DNA of 20,000 bases from Spongospora subterranea f. sp. subterranea (taxonomy: Eukaryota): the NCBI GenBank assembly GCA_049724395.1, contig JAUGWO010000120.1, positions 175,824 through 195,823 of the forward strand. The letters are read 5' to 3'. Shown here piece by piece: positions 1-11,612 of this stretch. The position numbers were made by a program, and so were the translations under genes. Below the pieces are notes generated by a model, which had not been told where the DNA came from, ran no database searches, and saw only the letters and a program-made list of their open reading frames with translations. Position 1 is the stretch's first letter, and every line of letters begins with the position of its first letter.

Positions 1-890
1 ATATTGCATATTATTCAAACACTGGAACATCAATACCAAAATCTGTTTCAGTTCGGCCAATCAATGAAAAGTATTCGATTGTAAAGTGCCGGTGACCTTG
101 CGAGGGTGCGACCAATGTTGTCGTCAGTATAGGCGATCACCATACAGGGAAGGCGGTACAATATCGGGTCCGACATAAACATCATCATTCTGCTCTTGAT
201 CTTAAACTCACTAGATATCGATCTTTTACACTAGATCTTCAACTGACAAATGCCCTGATTAACTCGATATTCCTCTAGCAGAGCGGCTCGTCAAATTGTC
301 GTCAATATCAATGATGGTGTCTCCAAACAAACGGTACTTATAACCCCGACTGCAATAGTGACGATCACGACCACAGCCAACATTGGGCCAATAACGCGAC
401 CACAACCCGTATATGGCAGACCTTGTCAGGCGCCTACCAGCAATTACTTCAATGGCTGGGTGAAATACCGGCCCTATTGGAACTACCATATCACTCCCAT
501 CATAAACTTGTAATCCGCTTGAGGAGGTTGTAGCTGTTAAGCCAAGCCGGCGAAACAAATGGGGTGGTTTTGAGAGCACAAACTCACTTCTTGATAGAAA
601 ATTCGAGATTTTGAAGCCTAAACAATGACCTTTTTTTAACAATTCTGTCAATGTGATATTTACACTAACGCGCTCCAAAATGTAATAACTTGTATTGAAG
701 TTAGGTGAATACATAGCTCATCTCTCATCTGTGTTAATGATGATCGTGACGCGACCGGGATCATGGAGATAGTTCATCGTCTACGGAGTTGAAGTGTCCA
801 TTGACCCGTTCCCGTATCGACACCATTGGCAACTTTCACACTCTATGGATTGAAGTTTATCGGTTTCATGAACCGTGCGATAACAAGACT

Positions 891-2605
891 ATGAAAGATC
901 TGGACAAGATGGAGGCGGTTCTTCTTAGGTCAGCACCTATACGACTAGGCCATATTCGTTTGTTTTATAAAACCGCATTACAGAGGCTGCGAATCGTGGT
1001 TCAAACGAGGGGTGAAACGAGCGCGCTTGCAAGCCGATACAGCAGCTGATAATTGTGAGGAAAGCTTACTATTGCTGATTGTACCAGTACTGAAAAGGTT
1101 GATAGGCGTTCGCGTGATGGACAGCCATGCCACGGCCGTTGACTCTTTTTTTGAGGTCTTTCATCCGAATAGTACAGTTATCATTGATGCTCCTGAGGCC
1201 GGCGATGTTCGAGAAGCTGAACGATGCCCGCCGTCCATCCCCAGGGATATCTTCTTGATGTCAAAAACCCCAGCGTTCGCACGCGAACCTCGGCGTCGCG
1301 TCATTCAACCGGTTGCACGACATAATCGTAAATGCGGCACACATATACTGTATTATGCCCATTCATGTTTTCGTATTCATGTAGGCCTATTTTACATTCA
1401 GAATCACAATTTTCATTACCGGTGTTGATGTCATTTAGGAAAATGTTGCCCTGTATATGTCGCTTTGGCTGGCGAAAGAATTACGTCTTCCTCTTATAGT
1501 AATGACGGTTTCAACACCTGAGACTAAGCGTGGTGCCCCGGGCTCTATTCGCTCGATGATGGCGCCAGCCTTTTTAAAGGGGCGCCTAGGAGCCCAGCGC
1601 GGATTTCGCGATGCTTTACACTCTTGGGGCATTCCGTGTTTGATATGGCGATGCGATGATTCGATTCACCTCATCAAACATTGGGAATCGTCGGCGTTTC
1701 CACCGCATATGATCCTCACAGATGAGTTTTGTGATTTCGCATCTAGAACGGAGTTCGACAAGCTTGCTGCCTGTTTCACGTGTTGCGTCATTGCCATTAA
1801 TAACGATTTAGTCTATCCGATTAGTCATTCATCCATTTCGGTTATATCATGTGATACATTTGTTGCCGATGGGGCGGCGAAAGTCAGCAGCGAAGTTGAA
1901 AGGATAATGTACGATATGGGCCCATCGCCAGTGCCCAATTCAGATGTTCAGTCGATTTTGTTTGTGTCGGGAACACGCCGTGTATATCTCGAGAAAAAAA
2001 CTGTGGCTATCTTTGGCCTTCCCGATAACGAACCATCGAGTGAAGCTCATTCGTTGACTGCGGCGGAATCGTCTCTGATTGCTGCATTGCCATCTCTAAC
2101 TCGGGATATTGATATCGATTGTGAAGGCGTTCGTTCGCCATCGGACGCATTTCTAACGATGATGGCGCATTTAGAGATGGGAACACTATCGTGTTATAGA
2201 ATACTCGACCGTGTCGATCGAGGTCACCGTCCGTATTTTGGAAATATATTCCTGACCAGGCAGTTCGCCCACCATCTTTCTGGTCGAACAACAGAATTTT
2301 TATTGTCTGAATTGCAGGATGACGATATCAAACTATTAATGTCTTCTTATCATCAGTTGGTTCAAGGAGCAACGAAGGATATCGAATTCAATCGTCTACA
2401 GAGACAACTGAGATCCAAGAGGTTTCTCACACCTAAACAGCGATGTCAATGGGCGTATCGCCTGCGACGCCAGGTCGAGGACGATAAGGCTGTTGAATGG
2501 GCTGTTAAGGTCCTTGAGGATTTGTCCACTTCATTATTTCGACCGGGTCTTGAAATGCGATTATGCATGGATATGAACGCGGGTGTCAGCGAAAATCATA
2601 TGTAG
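891..2605 (+). CDS. Divergent class II CPD photolyase-like protein (~533 aa; exons 891-928, 984-1380, 1439-2605)
   Basis: Two GT-AG introns (929-983, 55 nt; 1381-1438, 58 nt) join three ORF-track frames into one continuous frame. The product has collinear class II photolyase-like segments: GTHILYYAHSCFRIH-ENVALYMSLWLAKELRLPLIV (cf. YW..R.QR..DN.AL..A...A....PL.V), MILTDEF...VIAINNDLVYP (cf. VTDF...VDAHNVVP), MAHLEMGTLSCYRI..FGNIFLTRQFAHHL (cf. SPYLHFGQIS...FLEELIVRRELA), DIEFNRLQRQL..FLTPKQRCQWAYRL (cf. DPLWNAAQ.EL..GKMHG.MRMYWAKKI). Confidence 0.7.
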
Positions 2606-3126
2606 CAGTTAAGTAATCAAATCTTGACGGGATTGTATTTATTCATAAACAAATTTATATTTATGATTTTTCTTCAAAAGAGCTGCTCCAACGTTGAAGC
2701 GGTCCTGAAAGTCACGACCCCAATACTGTAAAACAGGCACTGAATCAATCCACAGATTGTCGTGGTTAGGTCGTTATTGTGGCGGTCAAATCAGGTCCCA
2801 TAAATAACCGGATATTGTACCAGTCTATAAATAGAAATGGCGGCACCCCATATATAGTCGCGATGATGAGATCTTTATCCGCGCTGCTGAACACTCTCAG
2901 AGCACGAGAGCGTATATGACGAATGGATGTCTGAGCCAACATGTCAAACCATAATCTTCACAACTAAATCGAAGCCCTTGTAACGGTATCAGTGGGTGTT
3001 ATGGACTGGCGCCATGTCTCATGTTACAGTGTACCTGTATAGTGTAGTTCGGAGATCCGTTGACACGGTGATCTCACTCATCTAGGAAGTGCAACAGAAT
3101 GTAATTGTTGTTTTGGTTTTATTGCT

Positions 3127-3510
3127 TTATAGATTAGATCTTTGTTGGGGGAAAAATGTTTCCGGTGAGGTTTGCGGTAGATCTTTGACCTCGAAGCAGT
3201 CCCTGAACGATTGCATATGCTGCTGACAGGCGACCCAATCTCGTTTGTTTTCCACCAAGCATTCTACCCGGAGACTTGGTTTCAATAGGGGCCGAGCGTC
3301 CCAGATCCAGATCTTACCTTGAAGCGCGGCGTAGAGATGAGAACAGCCCGTCTGCGACAGTTTGATGGCCAAATCCTCCCGGCGATCGCACATATCGTCT
3401 GTGGTCATCGCTGTGTACACTCATCCACAATCTCAAACAGTATTATGGCTATCAGGGTCGCGAGTTCGATTTCATCACTGTTCACAGCCTTTTGGGGATC
3501 ACTCACGGCT
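3127..3510 (-). CDS. Possible downstream exon(s) of the 4595 gene, or a separate hypothetical protein
   Basis: DEIELATLIAIILFEIVDECT joins the 97-aa ORF (AMTTDDMCDRRED…) if a 2-nt duplication near 3412-3418 is removed. No recognisable domain. Confidence 0.3.
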
Positions 3511-3616
3511 AAAACACACTCCACCGAATATCTAGTTTACTTTCTACTGTAGACAACATCATATTTTATAACAGAATGTATCGTCTGGGATAACCTTGTT
3601 ATAAACTGGTGGTGAA

Positions 3617-4595
3617 TCAAGGAATAGTTGAGATTTGAGCTATCTCATCAGAGAGGGTTTTATAGATCCGGTTTCTATAGCTCAGTTCAGTGTTGATCTT
3701 CCACACACTGAATGGGCGGCGTTGCTTTCGTCCAAATGTGCATTCGATCGCGTTGGCCACGTCAACATCGATATGTGCATAAACCTGTCGTAATCGCCGT
3801 TTGCGATCCCATTCTTGTGATTTGTGCCAATAATCTATCGGGTCGTGGACTGCATTATGAACGAGTTGTGATTGATCCTGAGGTTTGCTGGCTTGCCGAC
3901 GCCGCTCCAGAACTTGGAGATTGCGACTCCACACTGCCAACGGGTCCTGAACTGTTTTTCCTTTCACCATCAACGCTGACTCTTTTTTCGTGTTGGCGTC
4001 GACGCCACTGTTGAATCCGCTCCCGTTTTTGGTTCAGGAACTCCTGTGAGACCCTGTATATTCGAAGCGGATCACCTACTTTCTTTCCTGGTGATGATGT
4101 GACCAACGGTTGACGTAATGTTTGGCGATTGGCCTGATATATCCTCGACTTTCTCCAGAATGAGTCGTCACCATCTGGGAGGGGTTTGGCAGCAGGATAT
4201 CTCTTGGGCAAGCCTGGCTGCAGCTTCTCAGCCTCAAACCGGATTTGCCGCTCCAGAAACCTGTTGTTGTTGTTGTTGTTTTCCTCTCGTTTTGGTAAAA
4301 CTGAATTGTGCTTAGTCTGGATTACAGCTCGAAGAAGGCGTTTCCATCCTGATCCACCTCTCATTTCATGTTTTACTTTACGCCATCTCATCAGACCTTG
4401 CGTCACCTGGTTTGGCATCGGATTGGCAGAATCCACAGCAGCGGCGTTGCAATTTCCGCTTTCTACGACAACCTTGGGTATATGGTGAATTTGATTATCT
4501 GTTCGGGGTTCCACTTTTTCGCTTTCATCGATGATATTCTCCGGCGATGTCTGTTTAGGTTTTCGAAGAAACCCCTGTAATCCCCTCCATTTCAT
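3617..4595 (-). CDS. Hypothetical basic protein with repeated (V)xDP-x3-W-x2-S motifs; one frameshift at the T6 run 3983-3988
   Basis: The 246-aa ORF (3855-4595) and the 118-aa ORF (3617-3973) join by removing one base of the homopolymer (…QHEK|ESALMVKG…). Similar motifs occur on both sides of the shift: KVGDPLRIYRVSQE, TVQDPLAVWSRNLQ, AVHDPIDYWHKSQE. There is also a poly-Asn tract. Confidence 0.5.
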
Positions 4596-5029
4596 ATGTC
4601 ACCATATATTACAACATGTAAATATCTCCCCTAGAAACGTGGGATTATTCACATGTGGCAGACGCTTGTCTGAAATATCTGCAGACGCTCTCCAACGGCT
4701 GCCGACTGCAGGGGAATACTGAAATTAGTGCCCGGTTGGATGCAACGCCTCAAAAAAGGTAATCAAGACATACGTCAGTTTGATTCATGAATGTGACAAA
4801 CATTTGAGTTGGTCCAATATGCGAAAAATTACGAGTTACACGAATTGCCATTATTACGCTGTGAAATTGTTCCCCGTTTATATCATCACAATACCATTAA
4901 CCCACCTCCTTCAAGCATATATTTCACAGCACTGATATTCGGGGATCTGTGTTTAGGTCGTTGAAGGGTACGCCACATCGCTCCATCAGTGACCGTTTCT
5001 GTGTTCCTAATCGTGTCATCTCGTGTCAA

Positions 5030-7941
5030 ATGGTATCCTGCTGGTTGCCACTGCTGGTATGGTTCGCAGCTGTGAGAATCGCTTCGGAGGACGTCACTAT
5101 CAGTTCTGAAGATACGTCCCGCCTTATATCTTTTGAAGCCACGTCTATCAATACCAACACCGCCCCGGAATTTGACGCCGAACCATATCCATCGCCATTG
5201 TTTGCTGGACGATCTATTGCTGAGCGTTTGGTTAGCAAGATCGCCGTCACGTTCATCGTACAAGTATCATCATCAAGTTTCGCTGATATATCAAAGCTTT
5301 CAGCAGAATATAACGTTGAACTGGTGCGATATCTCCCTCATAACGCGTTCCTGATGCTAACAACTCACAAAATCGCAATGGCTATGCTGCGGTCATCGTC
5401 AAATGTCATCTGGATAGGCAATCTTCACCCAAAGCATAAATTATCACTCTCGCTGACAAAGTATCAACCAAAGTCGTCTGCGAGTTCGTTCTTTGGAGTT
5501 GGCCTTCTTGGCGACCCATATCCCCATTTTGTCGTTGAGTTAACTGCACCTTCGAACGAAGCAATTGCTCGGATTCGTCGTCTGTCACAATCTGTGATTG
5601 TGGTGCGCCCCGATCGATTATTTGTCGTATCCACAAGCGCCTCACTGATTGCGGCAGATCCAGCTGTTCATTGGGTCGAACGTCGTCTTCGCCACCAGTT
5701 TCTGAATCGATGGGCGAGAGGTGTCATGCAAAACGGCATGAACATCACTGCAGATTATAAGGGAAAAACTGGGTTAATCGGCTGGGACGTTAATCTTGAT
5801 GGCGATGGTCAAATCATAGGCCTTGGCGACAGTGGTATTGATAAGGGCAGTTGTTTTTTCCAATCGCGAACTGAAAATAAAAAGGCACCGTCGGCCGGAT
5901 CAAGATTATATCCTGTCGATCTCGACATGGAGGGTAGCGATAAAATCGCTGCTCTTATTCCGTTCGCAGATAGCACCGATGCTAACGGACATGGAACACA
6001 TCTTGCTGGTATTCTCGCTGGGGATCCACAATTACCAAAGGGTGCTCGTGGTACCTTGGAGACATTCGCCGGGATGGCCCCCAAATCCCGTCTTGTAGTG
6101 TTCGATGTTGGCGATGCCAATGGTGTCGTCCAGCTGCCGGATGATCTCGATGCCGGCTATCTGGGTCCTATCTATGATGCAGGAGCCAGGATCATGACCA
6201 GCGCATGGGGAGCTCCTGTCCCTCTTTATACTCACGAGGCGGCTGATATGGACGCCTTCATGAACTCCCATCCGGATGTCCTTGTATGTACCATATACAA
6301 TAGGCCTCATATCGCCATCTCTATATCTGTTTTATAATGCATTCATCTCGACAAACCACTCGTTTCTTCAGAATGTCCCATTCAGTTATTTAGAATCGGA
6401 ACAGGCGCTGTTTATCAGTAATGATCCTCTAGTTTAAGTTAATCCCGACTATGTTTGTGTTGTTTCTAGACATTTCATGAATTTGATTATACAGTCAATT
6501 GAAAGTTGTCTAAACCACAATGAACGTTATCAGATCTTAAGCAGATTACCGTGTTCAACCCCTGTTTTCATTTATCAGATAGTGACGGCAGCTGGAAATG
6601 GAGGGTCGTGTAATGAGGAGTTGACAATCGTGTCGCCAGCAACGGCCAAGAGCGTTATAACTGTCGGGGCGACAATGAGCGTCAGAATGGGTTATCGCAA
6701 GACCGAATTACTACCGCCTGGGTTTGGATCGTTCGAACGATCCCAATCTCAATGAATCCAATCTGGCTGCTTTTTCGTCGAAAGGTCCAACTTTAGACGG
6801 ACGAACTAAACCGGACGTAGTAGCGCCAGGATACTTCATCTATAGCGCCGCCACCGGGCAAGGTCGTTCCAGGAGTTGATGACAATACCCGAATTTAACG
6901 ATCCGACTTAGGTTCCAATAGATGCGATGGCGAACTAGGGTCAATCGTGACACCGAATGCGGGAACGTCCATGGCAGCTGCTGTTCAAGCAGGGGTCACC
7001 GCTTTACTTAGACAATATCTTATGGACGGATTCTATCCTGGAGGAAGAAGAAACCCTCGTCAAGGGTTTATTCCGTCTGGATCGTTAATGAAGGCGCTGA
7101 TCATCAACGGGGCGGTCATTTTGAACGGATCGCGACTTGTTTCCGACAGAGGTATTCAAGACCCTGAACATTGCCCCGACGCTGTATTTGCGCCATTGCT
7201 AGGACCAGCGTTTCCGTCGTCAGCACCAAGTATCGATCAAGGTTGGGGTCGGTTTCAACTCGACCAAATCATCAAAAAAGATGATGATGATTTTTTACAT
7301 ATTATTGGAAGGAATAACAAGAGTCAATCGACAATGGGAGATCCAGAATTAGGACATGGCCATGAGCACAGGTTCGAAATATGATATAGTTTATCACGAT
7401 GATACGGTTTAATGTTGATTTGGCGAACAGGTACCGGTTCTGCGTATTGGAAGCTCACACAGATATCAGGGCTACATTAGCATATACAGATATGGCAGCT
7501 ACCCTTGGTGCCGGGCTTCAACTAGTCAACGATCTCGATCTTTCTGTGGAAAGCGAAGGGACCGTACAGTTTGGCAACGACGCCGAACAAGGTGACCACC
7601 GTAATCCAGTCGAACGTGTCTCCAGGACGACGACACGTCCATTAGTTGACCTGACTGTGGCAGTCAATGGTAGACGTGTAACAGTTGGACCAACCCAGTC
7701 GTACAGTTTGGTATTAATGGGTCGTGCAATACGTCACGGGCCATGTCGACCCCATCATGAACTCAACCTGGTCACGTTCCAGATGTTGCAGGAGAATGGC
7801 GAGTACCCTGCGACGGCGGTTAGATTTCTGAATACCGCCAAAGGCCTGCGTTCTCGTCCGGGATCATCTTCTGCATCTAGGTTCAGTCCAACGTTCATTG
7901 TCTTGATCGTAGTCATAGCCACCGTGCTAATGTGTCCATAA
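5030..7941 (+). CDS. Subtilisin-like serine protease, family S8 (KP-43/Dictyostelium Tag-type), with signal peptide and C-terminal hydrophobic anchor (~835 aa; exons 5030-6283, 6579-6862, 6912-7371, 7431-7941)
   Basis: Signal-like [18 protein letters not shown]. Catalytic motifs GDSGID (Asp), NGHGTHLAG (His), AAGNGG (oxyanion Asn), [21 protein letters not shown] and GTSMAA (Ser). [19 protein letters not shown] and the C-terminal ATLAYTD…LVNDLDL…NPVERV domain are typical of KP-43-like enzymes. Hydrophobic tail [12 protein letters not shown]. Three GT-AG introns. One +1 frameshift between 6679 and 6752. Confidence 0.92.
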
Positions 7942-7989
7942 ACTTAATCTAAACAATTGGGCAACGATCGTCTTGGGTACTTCCTAACA

Positions 7990-10656
7990 ATGTCGAAGGA
8001 AGAAGGGAAGGCTGCAGATGACCGAATACATGTTGCTGTTAGAATACGCCCGTCCCGTAAACGTCGTAGTACCTCAACGGTCTTTGTCAACTCTCCCAAT
8101 ACAATCAAAATACGAGTCCCGGCTCCAACCGCGAAAGTTTATTTTTACAATGAGTTACCGCCGGGAGCGTGTTCCACCACCAAACAGTTCAATTTCGATG
8201 CTTGTTTTGATCAGAAAGCGACGCAAGAGCAAATTTTTGAGAAAATTGGCTCAGGTAGGACGGGTCCCGCCAATATTCGGAAGAAAATGCTGAACACGGC
8301 GGACAGACGTTGTGGATTATGCACTGAAAGGATATAACGCAGCTGTCTTGGCGTATGGAACCACCAATTCCGGAAAGACTCACACATATGTATGGGAAGC
8401 GACATTAATCCTGGTCTGGTTCCCCGTATTGCAGGTATGAAAACAAGGAATCGTTCAATTGTGACCTCATCGTTTGTCCGGGTCGATAGCAAGTTTAGCA
8501 TCACACCTACTAGCAACACGGCGCCACGATCCGAATATGCGAACTTCTATCGCTCTGCAAATGGTTGAGATCTATGACGAAATCCCATATGATCTCCTGT
8601 CATGTGATCACGTTCGCCTCAAATTTCGCGAACATCCAACACGTGGCCCCTTCTGCCAAGGTTAGGTTAACGTACCGTCAAACACAACGTTAGGAATTAA
8701 AGCTTTTGCGTATAGGATGCAGTATGGTTTCAGCCGATGATATTGAAGAAATGATCAGCCAGATAGAATCCGGCCAGCGGCGCAGGACGGTACGGCAAAC
8801 GCAGCGTTGGTCGCTGGAAAAAATATCAGACGCTGACATGTTTAGCTAGTCGGCGACAACGAGCCACAATTGTTCATCATCAAGATCGCATGCTATTGTG
8901 ATGATGACAATCACACAACATAATATAGCTAATGGCGTCGAATTAGTATCGCAGTTGCATCTGGTTGATTTAGCAGGATCGGAACGTGCCAGCTCTCACC
9001 GCTCAGGTATGTACTCATCACATTCTCTACAATTGCTGTTTATGGATGGGATTAGGGACAGGTGACGGTATTTACGTAAAAGAATCGTCGACAATTAACC
9101 GTTCGTTGACGGTTCTTGGTTGCGTGATTGATGATCTGGTCGAACATGGAGTCTCACATGCATATCGTCAGTCGAAGCTGACCTTTTTATTAAGACCAGC
9201 CCTAGATCGTCAGGCTAAACTATGGTTATTAGCGACAGTATCGCCAAAGTAGATATTCCTATTTGTGATGGGAACTCAATATTCAATATTTGAATTTAGC
9301 GAGCGCAACGTCCGAGATACAGTCAGAACTCTGGAATACGCTCAACGGGCAATGAAAGTTTCGGTAATCGCAACGGTGAACGAAACACGTAAGGTAGCGG
9401 AATTAGAGAAGTGGCGAAATGACATCAAGACCGAAACCGAGCGTGTATTGTCTGGAGCGCGTCATGTAGTATCACGTACGTTAGAGGAAGAAGATTGGGA
9501 TCGAATACGAAAAATCGTTAAACTCGACAGTCATCAGATAAGCGATAACGTGGCGATCGTATCTCAAAAGGTGCATTAGCTCTGAGGTAGTTACGTTTTC
9601 GATATTGCTCTAACGTCGCCCCATATTATAGGTTAAAGCCCTACTTCAACATCGGGAGCAGGTCCAGACAGAGAATCGTCGGCTGCTTGGACTGCTTAGT
9701 CAATATTGCCCGGAGAATGCATCTGCTGGCGATTCAATTCTCCCACCGCGATCGGGTAAGGGACCGTTGATCCCTCACATATTCGGTAACTCCAAAATGT
9801 CAATTGACGATCGTGACGTCCATTGACATCGATACAGAATTTGCCACTCGTCACGGGCTCTTGAATAGATCTCTGTTGATTGACCAGATTGTCAACCAGG
9901 GAAACCCTTCCGACAGTGACTCCGACAACATTCGCAGACACATACGTTGGGCAGCTGATCACCTACAGCTGGCAGCCGAGCATCAAATGGCACTGGCACC
10001 GTGTGAATTACAGGTCATCCGGCAGGTAACGCTGCGCTTTGGCCACAACTCAAACGTAGTTGGGTGGCGTTGACATAGCGTCCGGGCGGTCCTTAGGTGA
10101 TCGACAGAGCCTGCCCAACCATCGGAGAATACGGAGTCGTAGCAATTCTGGATACATCTTCTGAGCATGATTATCTGGTTCGTGCATCCCGTTTGAATTA
10201 TCCAGATGCGGCGCCTCGACTTCTGTTTTGGGATTCTAATCATCTACCCGTGGATAACTTCCGGAATGGGTTTCCCAATACGGTAAGTTTTCAATTGAAA
10301 TAGGGTTTACATTCCTCTGCCCTCGACTATAAGAACTGTGTTGTATGGCTCCTTCCTAACAGTTATGATAATGGCTATCAGGGAGGGGGTATTCGATTTG
10401 TTAAACGTCCTCAGTCCGACCAATCACCCATGGTATTATGTGAAGTACTGAGCGGGAATGTACGATCGTCTATCAAAACAATGTCAAAGAGCAACAATGA
10501 AGAATTTGATACAGTTATTTTCCAGGTAGGAAGACTTTCGGCATAAGGTTGGTCATTATCGCTATCAGCAACATCTAATAGGGATCGGATATGACGACCA
10601 ATGGTCTTTATTGGTATCGCACCCATTCCAAGCAATTCCTCGATATCGGATCATGA
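7990..10656 (+). CDS. Kinesin with N-terminal motor domain (kinesin-3-like), multi-exon, with an uncharacterised C-terminal tail
   Basis: IHVAVRIRP; FNFDACFD…Q..IF; P-loop GYNAAVLAYGTTNSGKTHT (8357-8386); LKFREHPTRGPFCQG; switch I NCSSSRSHA; switch II LVDLAGSER; INRSLTVLG; YRQSKLTFLL; ATVSP; TLEYAQRA. Introns deduced at 8255-8306, 8435-8489, 8661-8715, 8790-8849, 9007-9055, 9249-9299, 9571-9631, 9786-9837, 10026-10096, 10283-10333 and 10526-10581. A 2-nt frameshift follows the P-loop (~8387). The 3' end is uncertain (10656, or 10786 with another shift). Confidence 0.88.
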
Positions 10657-11612
10657 CCCATGCGACTCCACCCTCGTCGAGTATAACCAGAAGAAGACGG
10701 ACTCCAATGGAGTGCTGTATGATACAGTAGACAGACTAGCAGTTCAATATATTATTCATTTGTTTACAGAGCATGAAGATATATAATCGAAACACCAAAT
10801 TTGAATCGTTCAAATTCAGGACTCCAGCTAAATTCTTGTAGAGGAATAAGAAGGTACAGAATTAGAATGGGACCTAATCTCTGCCGCTTGTTTGGGTGTT
10901 CAAGCGTCAGATTTGCTCATAGAGGAGTGTTGGATTTGTCAAAATCCTCAGAAACAACAGGATATAGGTTTGTTTGCCATGTACTACCTACGATTTAGTT
11001 CCTTCATCACCCTGGTTGATTTGGCTGTATTGAAATCAAAAAAGTACTTGAGTCCGCCAGGTCTATTGCTCACTGTTGCAATTAATATATGAGATTAGTC
11101 TCAGGGTCCCATAATCACATGATGTTCTTCAGTTGGTATATCTAAGGACTGACAATTGGTTGTTGATGATCAAGATCATACTTGTACAGGATCACTTCTA
11201 TAGTGATTTCACCTGTCTAGTCATTCCCAAAAATGACAGATCTACCCAACCTGGACGATGATCAATAGGTGCTCTCGCTTAGCGTGAGGCTGGGCTCTGT
11301 TCCATATCATATCATGATAGGAATGGGCGCCCACGATGACCGTATTACTTGCCATCATTCCGGCTTGTGATTGCGGGAGCACCATTCTGACAGGTTCATC
11401 ATATCAAACCCAATAACTAATCAAAACGAAACGGATGGATATCAGTGATAATTTCCCTTTGATGTTGAGATTGATAAATAGGGGTATTGTTTTCATTAAT
11501 CTCGTTATTCCCCGATTGGCCAACGTATGATTCCCTCCCTAATGCCGCTGTAGCAGTTATGGGCCGACCCTCCCTTGTGTCCCTTCCTTAATCGTCCCAT
11601 TGTATCTCCGTG

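Noticed and set aside
259..714. 151-aa minus-strand ORF and an overlapping signal-peptide-like stretch (MLAVVVIVTIAVGV…)
   Set aside because: No recognisable motif and no consistent splice model. It may belong to a gene running off the window edge but cannot be supported.
2640..2942. Small minus-strand ORF starting MLAQTSIRHIRSRALRVFSS (transit-peptide-like)
   Set aside because: Under 60 aa, ambiguous splicing, no domain evidence.
5026..6310. Several antisense and alternate-frame ORFs over the subtilisin
   Set aside because: They are shadow ORFs of a well-supported coding exon.
6681..6701. Micro-intron (GT…AG, 21 nt) as the explanation for the subtilisin frameshift
   Set aside because: Its length is a multiple of three so it would not restore the frame, and it is far shorter than the other introns.
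10800..11450. Possible LTR-retrotransposon integrase relic (EECWICQ) or peptidase-like VIVGAH motif
   Set aside because: Only isolated short motifs among many stops, compatible with chance.
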